64,000 nt of DNA from Camelus dromedarius (taxonomy: Eukaryota), in contig NC_087461.1 in assembly GCF_036321535.1 (NCBI RefSeq), positions 4,650,001-4,714,000 on the forward strand, written 5' to 3'. Both the position numbers and the translations under genes were made by a program. Below are positions 1 through 11,900 of this stretch, one piece after another (the first letter of the stretch is position 1; every line of letters starts with the position of its first letter). A model generated the notes under the pieces. It saw only the letters and a program-made list of their open reading frames with translations, had not been told where the DNA came from and ran no database searches.

Positions 1-51
1 AAATGCTGAGCTTTTTGCTTGGGGTAGGGTTTACAACGTTCTCATTTTAAA

Positions 52-390
52 CTTCTTTTCTTCCAGCTTTATTGAGATCTAGTTGACACGCAGCACTGTG
101 TGAAATTAAGGTCTACAGCATAATGATCTGATTTACAGACATTGTGAAACGATTATCACAATATGTTTAATAAATACCCATCGTCTCATAGAGATACAGA
201 ATTAAGTAAAAAGAAAAAAAACTTTTTCGTGATGAGAACTCTCAGGGTTTAATCTCTTAACAACTTTCATATAAAACATACAGCAGTGTTAATTATATTC
301 ATCATGTTGTACGTTACATTCCTGGAACTTAGCTTATAACTGGAAGTTTGTATCTTTTGACTGCCTTTATCCAATTCCCCCTCCCTCCAC
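52..390 (-). mobile_element. LINE-1 3' end fragment (old L1MA9/L1MB-like)
   Basis: T-rich tail followed by CTTTATTGAGATCTAGTTGACA...CAGCACTGTGTGAAATTAAGGT..GTGATGAGAACTCT, the reverse complement of an L1 3' UTR; subfamily from memory. Confidence 0.8.
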
Positions 391-888
391 TTGGTCAAAA
401 TGTTGGCAAGTTTCTATCTTTCCAGATTCTTCAAGTATAAAGTAAAGAGATTGGAGTGGTGATCTCAAGCAGAACCTCCCATTGTGTCTTTCCCAGAAAA
501 ATTTCAAGAACTAATAACAAATGTTTGGGTGGAAAGGACTCTGCCCAAAAGCTAGATTCAGCAAGCATCATTACTACTGGACTTCTCAAATCTTCTAATA
601 TGCCACTAGAACATTTTGAGCTTTGAAGGTGGAGATATAGAAGATCGTATTTACTGAACTTGTTTAGTTACAGATTTCATCCCTCCCCTGCAAAGTCATT
701 ATTATTATCATAATAATTTTTTGTTATTTTTATTATCTTAAGCAACTAGCGTTTGAAGAGGATGCTTTGGGGGAACATACCTATAAGCAGTAAATGCTTT
801 CAATGTCCACTTACTCTTCAGAAGAGATGTGCCATTTATTCTTAATTTTCTTTTTAAAAAAATTTTTTTTATTGAAGTATAGTTGATA

Positions 889-1408
889 TGAGGTGGGAAG
901 CCCCATAAAAAGACCGGCAGGACCCCCAGGCAGGGCCACTACTCTCCTGCCGGCATCACCCGGTTCCCTGGCCCAGAGGCTCTAGCTCACTTTTTGCCTC
1001 TGAAACGGCTTACTTACCCCTAAGATTCTATTGGTTCCCTGAGCTCACTTCTGATTGGTTATTTCCTTCACACCTGATTGGTTATTTCTCTCACTCCTGA
1101 TTGGTCCATTTCCCTCACTCCTGATTGGTTATTTCTCTCCCTCCTGATTGGTCCATTTCTACAAAGCTTGTTCCTAATTAGTCAACTTTCGTTATACCTC
1201 ATTTGCATATGATGTTGCAAAGTGTAAACTGACAGCCTATAAAAGTCTGTGTAGACCTACAGACGGGGTCCATAGCTTGGAGTGTTCACTCCTCTGGGCC
1301 CGCTGGTATAATAAACCTGAGTTCTCCACCTCCCCCAGTGCTGCTTGGTCTCTCACCTGGATCCAGGTTGCTGTCACACCTGAGCTGTAACACATTTTTT
1401 CTGCAACA
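889..1408 (+). mobile_element. Solo LTR (ERV1-class-like), 520 bp
   Basis: TG...CA termini, 4-bp TSD GATA (885-888, 1409-1412), TATAAAA at 1238-1244, AATAAA at 1310-1315, octamer ATTTGCAT at 1201-1208. Confidence 0.85.
1030..1160. repeat. 23-24 bp tandem repeat inside the LTR carrying six ATTGG (inverted CCAAT) boxes
   Basis: ATTGG starts at 1030, 1054, 1077, 1100, 1124, 1147; unit approx CTCACTCCTGATTGGTTATTTCT. Confidence 0.9.
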
Positions 1409-2670
1409 GATATACAATGTTGTGTTAGTTTCAGGTGCATAGCAATGTGATTCAGTTACACATACCCATGTACATATTCTTTGTCATATTCTTTTCCACT
1501 GTGGTTTATTACAGGATATTGACTATAGTTCCCTGTGCTCTACAGTAGGACCTTGTTGTTTACCTGTTTGAGATACAGTAGGTTGTATCTGCTGATCCCA
1601 AACTCCTAATGTATCCCTCCCCCACCCCTTTCCCCTTTGGTGACCGTAAGTGTGATTTCTGTGTCTGTGAGTCTGTTTCTCTTTTGTAAATAAGTTCGCC
1701 TGTGTCATATTTTAGATTCACATGTAAGCGACATCATATGGTATTTCTTTCTATTTCTGACTTACTTCATTTAGTATGATAGAGACGTACATTTAATATG
1801 GGAGCCAAGGGGGTTTCAACGTAGAGGTTTTGAAGAACTTTCCAGATGAAACCACACAGTAGGTACTGAGGATTATAGGATTTCCCCATCCAGACTTTGC
1901 TCCATCAGTTCACAGACCATCGCTTGTGTCCCCATTCAATCAGGGCTTTCTTAAGGATTCTCCTAAAGCACTTTGCCTTGTGAATGAAAAAGAAACAAAA
2001 AAAAAATTGGTCTTCACAACAAAGAGCCAACAATGAGAGGAAATGGAATAAACCCTCGTAAGACCCACCGCGATTTCGTGTAACAGCTGGGGGTAGTATT
2101 TTGAAGTTCAGTTATTTCGCATCGTGGCCAAGACCTTGATATGAGCATTTACGTGAAATCTGTGGGTGCTGTTGATTGTCTCGACTGTTATATAATCTTC
2201 ATTACTCACTAGGATGTGGTATTCTTGCCGTGTAGCCTCTGCCATTTCTCAGGCAGCTTAACTATACACAAGATTGAGGGGGCTAGCGTTCAGACTTTAA
2301 AGTTTTCACATTCGCACATTTAAAAAATAAAGTGTATGCTGCTTTAAGTGAATTGTGTTAGTTTTTTTTTTCTTCTGTTCTTGCAGGTTTCAGTTTGAAA
2401 AAAATCTAATTGTTTGAGAAATGTAGGTTACATGTCACCTAGGAAAGTCCCTCTCTGAAGCATGGTAGACGGCAGAGCAGGAAGTCAAAGGTGGCCAGCC
2501 GAGATTGCTGCTCCCCTCCTCTTGTCCCTGGCCCGGCACCTGCATCTCTTCTGATTGGTGTGAAAAACCAAGTGCACGATGAGTGAAGACAGGTGGTCCT
2601 GCCCATGTTCTCCTAGGGCTTCTAGATCAGGATGGTTTTTACTAAGACTGTCGTTTGCCTTTGACCATTT

Positions 2671-2802
2671 NNNNNNNNNNNNNNNNNNNNNNNNNNNNNN
2701 NNNNNNNNNNNNNNNNNNNNNNNNNNNNNNNNNNNNNNNNNNNNNNNNNNNNNNNNNNNNNNNNNNNNNNNNNNNNNNNNNNNNNNNNNNNNNNNNNNNN
2801 NN
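2671..2802. other. Assembly gap (132 N)
   Basis: Run of n. Confidence 1.
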
Positions 2803-3319
2803 CTAATAAGCACAGTTTTGCATTACCCCCAGGGTCATAACTCGAATCACAAAGATGGCATCCAAAACGGATTTTTCAATGAATGAATGAATTATATACG
2901 AAGTGAAAAGATAGGCGTGCAAATTCTGACTCCATCAACATCCAGCTCCCTTACCCAGAGAGCACAGCTTTTCTTGGCTGCACCCCCCCCACCTCCTCCA
3001 CCACCACCGACTTACATTAGGGCTCCTGACCTTGTAAAGTCCACCCTATTTCTAGTAGAACACAGTCTTCCAGGAGAGTTATGAGCCAGTTTTATGCCAT
3101 TTCTTGTCCTCTCCTTTCTCTGGATATGTCAGAATTTCCAGCAGAAAGGAGGGGGCGGTGGAACGTTAAGTTGGCATCTTCTTTCTATTCCAAACAGAGT
3201 CTTTAATCCTAACTCCAACACTTCTTTTGTTGGCTACCATGGACCTCCCTCCAGCCATGGAGAGATCTCAGCTTCCAGTTATAAGATAAATAAATCCTGG
3301 CCATGTCACATACAACGTG

Positions 3320-3990
3320 GTGACCATGGCATTTGGTGGGGGTGATGAATCTTGGAAACATTAAAGCTGAGGGGTGTAATAAGCAGCTGGATGTATGGGT
3401 CCAGAACTTACAGAGAAGGGGTCTGGGCTGGGGATGTGATTTTGGGAGTCACCGATGGATTGATAAGTTAGCTGGCAAAGAGCCCACTGGCTTAGGGAAA
3501 GAACTGAGGGTGAGAAGAGAAAAGGGCCTTAACCAAACCTTCCAGAATCTCTACCGTTTAATCGTTAGAGTGGGATAAGCTGGCCAGGGACAGTGACGAG
3601 ATGCCAGCAGAGAAAAGAGAAAGCTGGAGAGGGTGGAGTCGCCGAGAGACAAGACGAGAATTAAACCACATCCAAGGGATTTGCACCATGGAATTCACAT
3701 TGGTTACTTCACTGGGAGACATTTCGGGGGAGGAACACGGATGGGAGCTGGACCAGGATGGGTTGAGACATTAGGAGGAGGAATGGGCTGAGGGGCGTGA
3801 ATCCGGACTCTGGTTAAGATGACCAGCAGATTATCTGCCCGTATGACTTTGGGGCAGAATCAGTGCTTTGCAAGTAAATTGGCATTAACTCTCCACTATT
3901 CAACCAACACTTCACTCGCAATGATTAATACCTACTATGTGCCTGGTGTGTTAGCAATGGTGCTGCAAAGATGACTATAATTCAAGACCT
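3320..3990 (-). mobile_element. Degenerate L2 fragments
   Basis: GCAGCTGGATGTATGGGTCCAG...GGGCTGGGGATGTGATTTTGGGAGTC and ACCTACTATGTGCCTGG resemble reverse-strand L2. Confidence 0.65.
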
Positions 3991-4059
3991 CAGAGCTGGT
4001 GGGAGATGCCTGCCCAGAGATGGTCACCACCAGCCAGGCGGAGAGCTGTGTCTCAGGGC

Positions 4060-4240
4060 TTGGCTTAGTGGTGTCTGCTGAGGCTCATGGGTTCTTCCCA
4101 TGACTCATCTCCTTACCCGAAATGAATTATGTGAACCTTTTGTCCCTCAGTTTCCTCCCCCCAAAAGTGAGGCTAATCACAGTGGCTTACCTATAGCGGT
4201 GCAGCGAGAAAAGTCTATGAAAAAAGACAGAGCAGTAAAT
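4060..4240 (+). mobile_element. MIR SINE remnant
   Basis: Core-like CCTCAGTTTCCTCCCCC..AAAGTGAGGCTAAT. Confidence 0.55.
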
Positions 4241-4365
4241 GTTAAAGTGTTTATTCACAATTAGTGCTACCTGGATGCTGAAGGATGAACTGGAACGACT
4301 TCTCCATCAAAGGCAGCAGCCAGTTTGGCGAGGTTCTTGTGCTTAATCATGGAACGATCACTTAC

Positions 4366-4441
4366 CTTCCAGAGTTTTCTCGGTTGGACGCTTTCCTCCT
4401 TAATAACAGAAACATGCATTGGAAAGGGGCGTGGTCAAAAG
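4366..4441 (-). other. Candidate 76-nt exon downstream of the modelled stop codon
   Basis: Minus-strand acceptor gtaactcttctttttcag|CT and donor AAG|gtaagt. Confidence 0.45.
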
Positions 4442-4637
4442 CTGAAAAAGAAGAGTTACCCAGTCCTTTTGGTATTCCTACACTTAATTGTTCCAGGTGG
4501 GTAAGAATTTTTCTGTCTCTGAAAAATGTTGAGGAAAGAAAGGAGAATGTCCAATTTCCCTCATTTATTTATTCACTTAGCAATTCATCAAATATTATTG
4601 GTTGAACTGACAAGGCGGCACAAATCTCTGATGGTTC

Positions 4638-5212
4638 TTTTTTTTAATTTTATTTTTTATTGAAGTGTAGTTGATTTACAATGTTAGTTTCAGGTGTACA
4701 GCAAAGCGATTTAGTTATACATATACATACACACACACACACACACATATATATATATTTTGCAGATTCTTTTCCATTATAGCTTATTACAAGAAATTGA
4801 ATATAGTTCCCTATGCTATACAGTAGGTCCTTGTTGTTTATCTATTTTATATACAGCAATGTGTATCTGTTAATCCCAAACTCCTAATTTATCCCTCCCC
4901 TGCCCTTTCCTTTTTGGTAACCATAGTTTGTTTTCTATGTCCCTGAGTGTGTTTCTGGTTTGTAAATAAAGTTTGTATCTTTGTTTTCAGATTCACATAT
5001 AAGTGATTTCATATATTTGTCTTCCTCTGTCTGACTTACTTCACTTAATGTGAAATCTCTAGGCCCATCCGTGCTGCTGCAAATGGCATTATTTCATTCT
5101 TTTCTATGGCTGAGTAGTATTCCACTGTATATATGTACACCATGTTTTCTTTTTCCAGTCATCTGACAGTGGACACTCAGGTTGCTTCCATGTCTTGGCT
5201 ATTGTACATAGT
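4638..5212 (-). mobile_element. LINE-1 3' end with (TA)/(CA) tract
   Basis: TTTTTATTGAAGTGTAGTTGATTTACAATGTTAGTTTCAGGTGTACAGCAAAG...GCTGCAAATGGCATTATTTCATTC. Confidence 0.92.
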
Positions 5213-5481
5213 GTATACCATTTACCTTTTAAAAATTCACTTTCTTAATATAGACCTAAGTGTTGATTTCATTAATTTATTTTTATTTTTAAATTTTTTC
5301 CTATGATTTCTCTAATTTATTGTGTGAACTTGTGTCAGTCTGAGTCTTTGTGCATGGATTTCTGATCTGGAAAGGAGAGAATCAGTCTAGAAAATACCTG
5401 GGATTCTTTCCATTTCTAAACTTGGGTGATTCTGACTAGCTAACAAACCATTACAGGTGTCACTACTTTGTTATTTACTTG

Positions 5482-5917
5482 TCAGCACCCATATCTGTGG
5501 GCAAAGACAGCGTAAGAGTCCTGACACACCCTGAATTCAGGACACAAGACCACTCCGTCTAACGCGGCCTTTGGGGCTGGGTGCATTCCTCCGTGGTTCT
5601 CGGGAGGACTGGCTGCCCTGGTATGTAGCCAGGGCTTCCCACCTAGGGCAGCCGGGTTGGCGCACAGAGAACTGGTTCTCTCATAGAAGCCTCCCACTTC
5701 CCGAGAGCCGGAAGCAAAGCAGGACACCGCTGAGCTGAAGCTCTTCCTTGGCAACAGCGGAGCAGCCACTGGAAACGGCAGACCGTCTTGATGCAGACTT
5801 CTCCAGCAGCTAGCTCTCAACCAGAATGACTTAATCCCAACAGTCTTCAGCAGCTCCAAGTAGGTGTGGAGAGTTGGTAGACCTCTTCTACAAGATCCAG
5901 TCCAGTTAAAGTCAAAG
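5482..5917 (-). CDS. Candidate terminal coding exon (HFDFNWTGSCRRGLPTLHTYLELLKTVGIKSFW...AHRYGC*)
   Basis: Acceptor gtcttccttaaatcag|C; phase-2 entry lands in the 125-aa ORF of the track; AATAAA on minus strand at 5276-5287. Confidence 0.4.
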
Positions 5918-8900
5918 CTGATTTAAGGAAGACTCGAGGATATGTGGTTGAGCAGTAATGTCCTTGTGCGAATTCACCAGCTGTGAGACCCACCTATGAG
6001 GTGATGTGACTTGACTGTACCCTTCAGCCTCCTTCACTTGGGCGCCTATCAGCTTACTGCTCCACCCACACAGGCGCACCAAGGGCCCGAAAATTCTCCT
6101 CTAAGAAAATGTTAGTAAGTAGAAAACAAGGCTTAAAATACCGTCATGTAGCACTGAAGAAATCCGTATCCCAAGTGTCTTAGTAGAACCAGGACTTCAG
6201 CTATTTCTGTATCTGAGCTCTCTCTGGGGAGTGGGCCTTACTCTTGTGATCATCTACCACAGAACCAGTATTCAAAGTAACGTGAATCATAATATTTATA
6301 GAGCAGATCTTTTCCAACCTAGTTTCTTTTCCCGGGACCTTGCTGTAATACTGACCTTCAGTTTCACTGCCAATTAGAGATAAAATAAGATGTTGTCTTA
6401 AAACCTCTAGAAACCTCCAGAAGCCTCCTTTGTTGAGTGAATTACTTGAATTCACACAGTGCTCTTCAGAAATGAAGTTACTTGGCTCCAAAGAATGATC
6501 TTCATTTGCTCTTAAATTCAGATTTTTTTCCCCAAGTCCCCTGCCTGCTGGCTGGGAAAAGTGGACCAGAGGTAAGAGGCAGCCTTTTTGATTTAATCAC
6601 TTTGATTAAAGAGAAGCCAGTGAAGGAACTCTTCAAGATACCCCAATTTGCCTGTATTATTTCTGAAGTTTAGTTGAAGGCAAAGGGTTACAGAGTGAGG
6701 GCAATTTCAGAGTCCTTTTGACTTTCGAAATATATCAGGAAAGAAAGAGTTGAAGACAAGAAGAGGAGGAGAACAGGAAAGTAGCTGGAGGAAGGAGGAA
6801 GGGAGCCTTGTAGTTGAGTGGAGAGAAGGAAGTTGGAGCCAGTGTAAGTAGCAAACTACGTCAGGAGGAAGGACTCTGCTTTCAGAGGGAGGATGGAGGT
6901 GGTGGTTCCGGGAGAAGACGGTAGCTCTGGGCTGTTTGTGCCGGCCTTGATTCTCCACATTAAGGGCATCTAAGTGGGGGGAAGTTGTGTGGCAGAAGAG
7001 ATAAGTTGTCCCTGTGATGTCAAGCCATGAAGTGGAGGACTGAACACACAGAAGAGCTGGGCACCCCTCAATTCTGTAGGTGGATTGTATACCCATATGG
7101 AAAATGGTCCCTCTCTCTGCAGCTCAGGTGATGCTCATAGTCACGGGGCCCTGTACCAAACAGAGATGTCTTAACTTTCTAAGATATAGTTAAAAAGAAA
7201 AAAAATGTATATTTAAAATAAATTCCTTGTGTTTTTAACTTTTATTTTTTAAAAATCTTTATCTTTTTTTGTGGGTGGGGGTAATTAGGTTTGTTTATTT
7301 ATTTTTAATGGAGGTACTGGGGATTGAACCCAGGACCTCGTGCGTACTAAGCACGTGCTCTACCACTGAGCTATACTGTCCCCCATTAAAAAGAAATACT
7401 TAAACATGTATTCTTACACGTTGGTAGTATGAAAGCAATTTCTCTTGCACAGGATTAGGACACACGGATAAAGGAGAGATCATAACGTGGAATGAGGGAT
7501 GGTACCAAATACTTAAAAAGCAAAGTGGTGGAAGGACAGTGATAAATCTGTGTGCTCAGAGGAGTCTGTCATGATTGCTGACTTGGGGAAGGCAAGACTA
7601 CGTCCCCAGGTGGGAAAGGAAATTCCAAGGAGAGGAAACAGAACGAGCAGAGACACAACTTGAGAAAAACACAGAATGTCAGTGTTAGCTACCTACATGG
7701 TTTACGAAGGATGTTTTAATGTGACCTTTGAGTCTGCGGAATGTTCTCAGCAATCAAATTTACCAAAGACAGTTGATTTGCTTCTCTTCACACAACATTA
7801 CCATCTTTTTTCCCATTCTGTTTTAATCTCCACTTACGCTTCCTGGATGGCAGAAGAAAAGTTATGAGCATAAATGGCCTTGATCTCAAACCTGCAATGA
7901 TTAATTATAATCTTTAATATGCATTACACAGTCCTTGTGAACCCAGCACGTGCCTAAACGCTACCCAAACAGCTAATTGAAAAGTTCAATGAATTCAGTC
8001 ATTTGGCACCATGTAATTGAAAAAGAAAAAGGTCTGTAATTTTCAAAATTCTCTCTTTTTTATGCTGAATTTAGTCAAATTGAGACAAAACAGTGCCATT
8101 AAAAATTTTCTCTTTACAACTTCTCAAATACTGAGGTGTTTAGAATAAATACTGCCTAGAGGTTAAAAAAAAAAATTGTGATCTGAACTCTGAAGCAATG
8201 CCCAGAAGTAAATATTCTTTATGTGATCTATTTCTGTTGCTTTCTATAAATATCACATGCATACTTTAGTTTAATCTAGAATAATAATTAAATATGTAGT
8301 AACCTATCTCTTCCATGTTCCAAGTTACTACCTGATCTAAAAAACTGATTTTAGTTGGTTTCTTGTTTAGTCAACTGATAGAGAGATATGATGATTTTCT
8401 CAAGAATAACACCAGGTGGGATTTGGAGATTTTGGTGGAACGCTGCTCAGAAAGGGTGAGCTTGACTGCCAAGAAAATCCAGCATGAGTAATTTACTCTG
8501 TACTTCCTGGCGAATGAGTTTACGTACAAACTTTAAAGTATGGAATTGAAGGTCTGTATGCCTTGTTCTGAATAGAAACGCAGCTGTGAGATATTTCCAC
8601 AGGTCAGTTATAAGTGATTTTATAATTGCAAAATGGGATTTATGCAAGTATGGTATAGTCACCTGTGAAAACAATTAGGTAACTTTACCTTGTTAAAAGA
8701 GGACAGACGACAAGACATTTAAGGTCCATTTCAGCTCTAAGATTTTTATCATTTTATGACTAATAAATCACTTTGAATTTAAAGATTTAATTACTAAAAA
8801 AAAAAAAAAAGCCAACAGTGATTTTAACAAAGAAACAATGAACTATGGGTGAGAGCTGAGTGGATCGTGTTGTATCGACCTGTCCGTTTAAGACCATGCA

Positions 8901-11900
8901 GGAATCATAGTAGGCACTTAAGTAAATATTTAATGTTGGTGGATGGGTACAGGATTGAAGTTTTCTTCATAGCTTACTTGTGATGTTGATGTTTCTAATG
9001 ACTTTAAAAAAAGAACATTTCAGAGATGTTCCCGCATGAGCAAACAGAGAATTGAATCCCTCATTCAAAAAATTTGGAAAGTAAACTGTTTTGGCACATT
9101 ATATCCAGAGAGTTCAAGCCCTAAGCTAAATTTTCTCTCTGAATTCTTTATAAAATTTCTTCAATTTCCCCTGTTGGTGAAAAAGTTTCAGAAGAATAAG
9201 CTTCAGCTGTAGGTTATAGAAAGTTTCCTTGTAGAAGTGATTGGAGTTCTACACTTATTACGAATGTCTGTGGATGCCAATGAGTAATGAGCAGGAGGGA
9301 GAGAGGTCAATCTATTACTTTTATTTTATTTTTTAAATTTTTAATTTTTTTAAACTTTTTTATTGATTTATAATCATTTTACAATGTTGTGTCAAATTCC
9401 AGTGTAGAGCACAATTTTTCAGTTATACGTGAACATATATATATTCATTGTCACATTTGTTTCTCTGTGAGCTACCATAAGATCTTGTGTATATTTCCCC
9501 GTGCTGTACAGTATAATCTTGTTTATCTATTCTACAATTTTAAAATCTCATTCATCCCTTCCCACCCTCCACCTCCTTGGCAACCACAAGTTTGTATTCT
9601 ATGTCTGTGAGTCTATTTCTGTTTTGTATTTATGCTTTTGTTTTTGTTTTTGTTTTTTAGATTCTACATATGAGTGATCTCATATGGTATTTTTCTTTCT
9701 CTTTCTGGCTTACCTCACTTAGAATGACATTCTCCAAGAGCATCCATGTTGCTGCAAATGNNNNNNNNNNNNNNNNNNNNNNNNNNNNNNNNNNNNNNNN
9801 NNNNNNNNNNNNNNNNNNNNNNNNNNNNNNNNNNNNNNNNNNNNNNNNNNNNNNNNNNNNNNNNNNNNNNNNNNNNNNNNNNNNNNNNNNNNNNNNNNNN
9901 NNNNNNNNNTGGCATGACTTTCTTTTTCCAGTGTTAATCTTAGGGTTTCACTTGCCTCTATTCAGATAGCTTAAAGAGCTGTGCTGATTTTTGCCTGTGA
10001 AAGTACATCAGTTAGCTTTCATAAATCTGAGAGGGAAATCCCAGCATTTTTGAGACTTGAGGCAAAGCTCTCCAACAATGAAAACTTTGTGCTGTTCTGA
10101 TTGGCTCAGCCACGCATCATCCCGCCTTCTGCTGGTGGTGTCCTGGAACTGAAAATCCTCCTTCCAGAAGCCTTTCAAGGCATCAAGCATCAATGGCGTG
10201 AGATATTTGTGATATTTATGATGTCCACTAATTTCCAGAGGTTGCGGGGAGCATTTTGTCGACATATTAAGTGGTTTTTGTTTATGTGCCAATCTTTGAC
10301 CAAGATTAAGCCTAATCAAACTCGTAGGATTTATCCTCCTGCTGAGAATGTGGCACAGGGACCAATTTCCAACCAGATCAGCATGTGGAATAGTTTATGG
10401 GTTTTATAACAAGACAAAAGACACTTATCAATGTTATTAATGGGGAACATAAGAGAAGACACAGAGAAGGAGAAGAAAGGGCAAAGAAGGAGGAGGAGGA
10501 AGAGGAGGAAAAGAAGAGGAAGAAGAAAGGGATTCAATGAAATTTCCTCCCATAGTCTCAAGATTGAGCACGATTTCTACCGAAAACTGCGTTAAATAAT
10601 GTCACCTTATCCAGAAGATATAAATGGGGCTTTTCATCTGAATAGTTGTGGAACTGAAATTCAGGAAACGATCAAAGTAGTCACTAATAAGTTCTCACCA
10701 CCAAGGCAAGTATTACACCTAATACGCTAAAGCCTTTATCACCCAGCATGTTATGTTTATTAAACAGTCGTATTCAATGAACAATGGTTCATGTTCATAT
10801 GAAAACCGGGAAACACAAGCTACTGCATTTTCCTTAGTTCCATTCAAAACAAACTATCTGAAATGATTTCAAATGGCATAGTTATCTTAGAATGTTCCAG
10901 AAAACATTGATAGACAATTCCTTTAATAAAATGAAATATACAACAAATCCACCAGAAGCATGGGCAAAACTCACTTCTCTGATCATGTAAAACAAAATGG
11001 GAATTACAACCAACTGGTTAACACTTAATTTCCCACAATTTGTCTATAAAATGATCAGCCATCTCTTTGTACATTTAGAAGATTTGTAAGGTATATCGGT
11101 ATAAAGCTTTCTGGTTAGTAGTCACCTACACGCAGTATTTTGCTGTCACGGTAATGAATCGGCAAATACGGGCAATGTTTTAGTTGGATTATTTGAAATC
11201 CCCTAAACCAGACCTGAGTGGAACATAATCCTATAGACATTTGACAACATGGTTTAAAGACCTAGTGATGAAATTTCGTTCCCTGAGTGTTATTTCTTGT
11301 ATTTCCTGTTTGTTTTATGCATTGTTACTTTCTGATCTTCCTAATACCCTTGAAGTAAGACAACTGGCTACTCCTATCTTGAAGCATAAGGTGCAAGCAT
11401 GACGTCACAAATCATACGCATCGGCCAAGTCTGTGGACCAGAACAAACAGCCACACACGATGCAAAACGCTGGAAAGAAATGATCAGGTTCCTATTATCA
11501 ATAACAGTTAATTGCCCAAGAAAAGTTTCACATTTCTCTTGGATGTATTCAGAGACAAACCTCTCCACCTTTATAATCTAAACCCAGAAGAGTAATTTAC
11601 GCATTACGTACTGTAGATTTACTATAGCCCAAATATCTGCAAGCAAGAACACCGAGGGCAGGGACATCGTCCTGGTCTTCTTGTGCCTGCAAAACGCTTT
11701 GCACAAGGTAAGTTCTCAATCATTGCTCATTTGTTGTGACTTAATCTGCTGTGTTAGTAAGACTCCTACGTGGGTTTACTCTACTTAGTGAACTGATGAA
11801 AGATAAAATCAAGAAGAAAGAAAATAAGCTTAAGAAACATCGGAGTATGTGAAACAATACTGAAAAACTTAATCAGACTGTATCATTGGTTCTCAAACTT

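Larger units (their letters stand above)
851..1781 (-). mobile_element. LINE-1 3' end (851-888 and 1409-1781) split by an LTR insertion
   Basis: TTTTTTTATTGAAGTATAGTTGATA resumes after the LTR as TACAATGTTGTGTTAGTTTCAGGTG...ATAGTTCCCTGTGCTCTACAGTAGGACCTTGTTG. Confidence 0.9.

Noticed and set aside
1030-1160. Regularly spaced repeats considered as a CRISPR-like array
   Set aside because: Head-to-tail tandem units without unique spacers, inside a mammalian LTR; no cas genes
2579-2840. Track ORFs containing X runs (also 9670-9969, 17533-17938, 37646-37981)
   Set aside because: They are open only because N gaps hide stop codons
6535-6571. PLPAGWEKW peptide resembling a WW-domain start
   Set aside because: The frame hits a stop on splicing to the next plus-strand exon and the rest of the WW motif is absent
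7321-7384. tRNA-like sequence with A and B boxes
   Set aside because: Followed by the AT-rich body and tail of a SINE; not a tRNA gene
11640-11740. Perfect plus-strand donor AAG|gtaagt near 11707
   Set aside because: Lies in an L2-like 3' tail with no upstream acceptor or ORF support; the donor near 14910 is likewise within an LTR remnant
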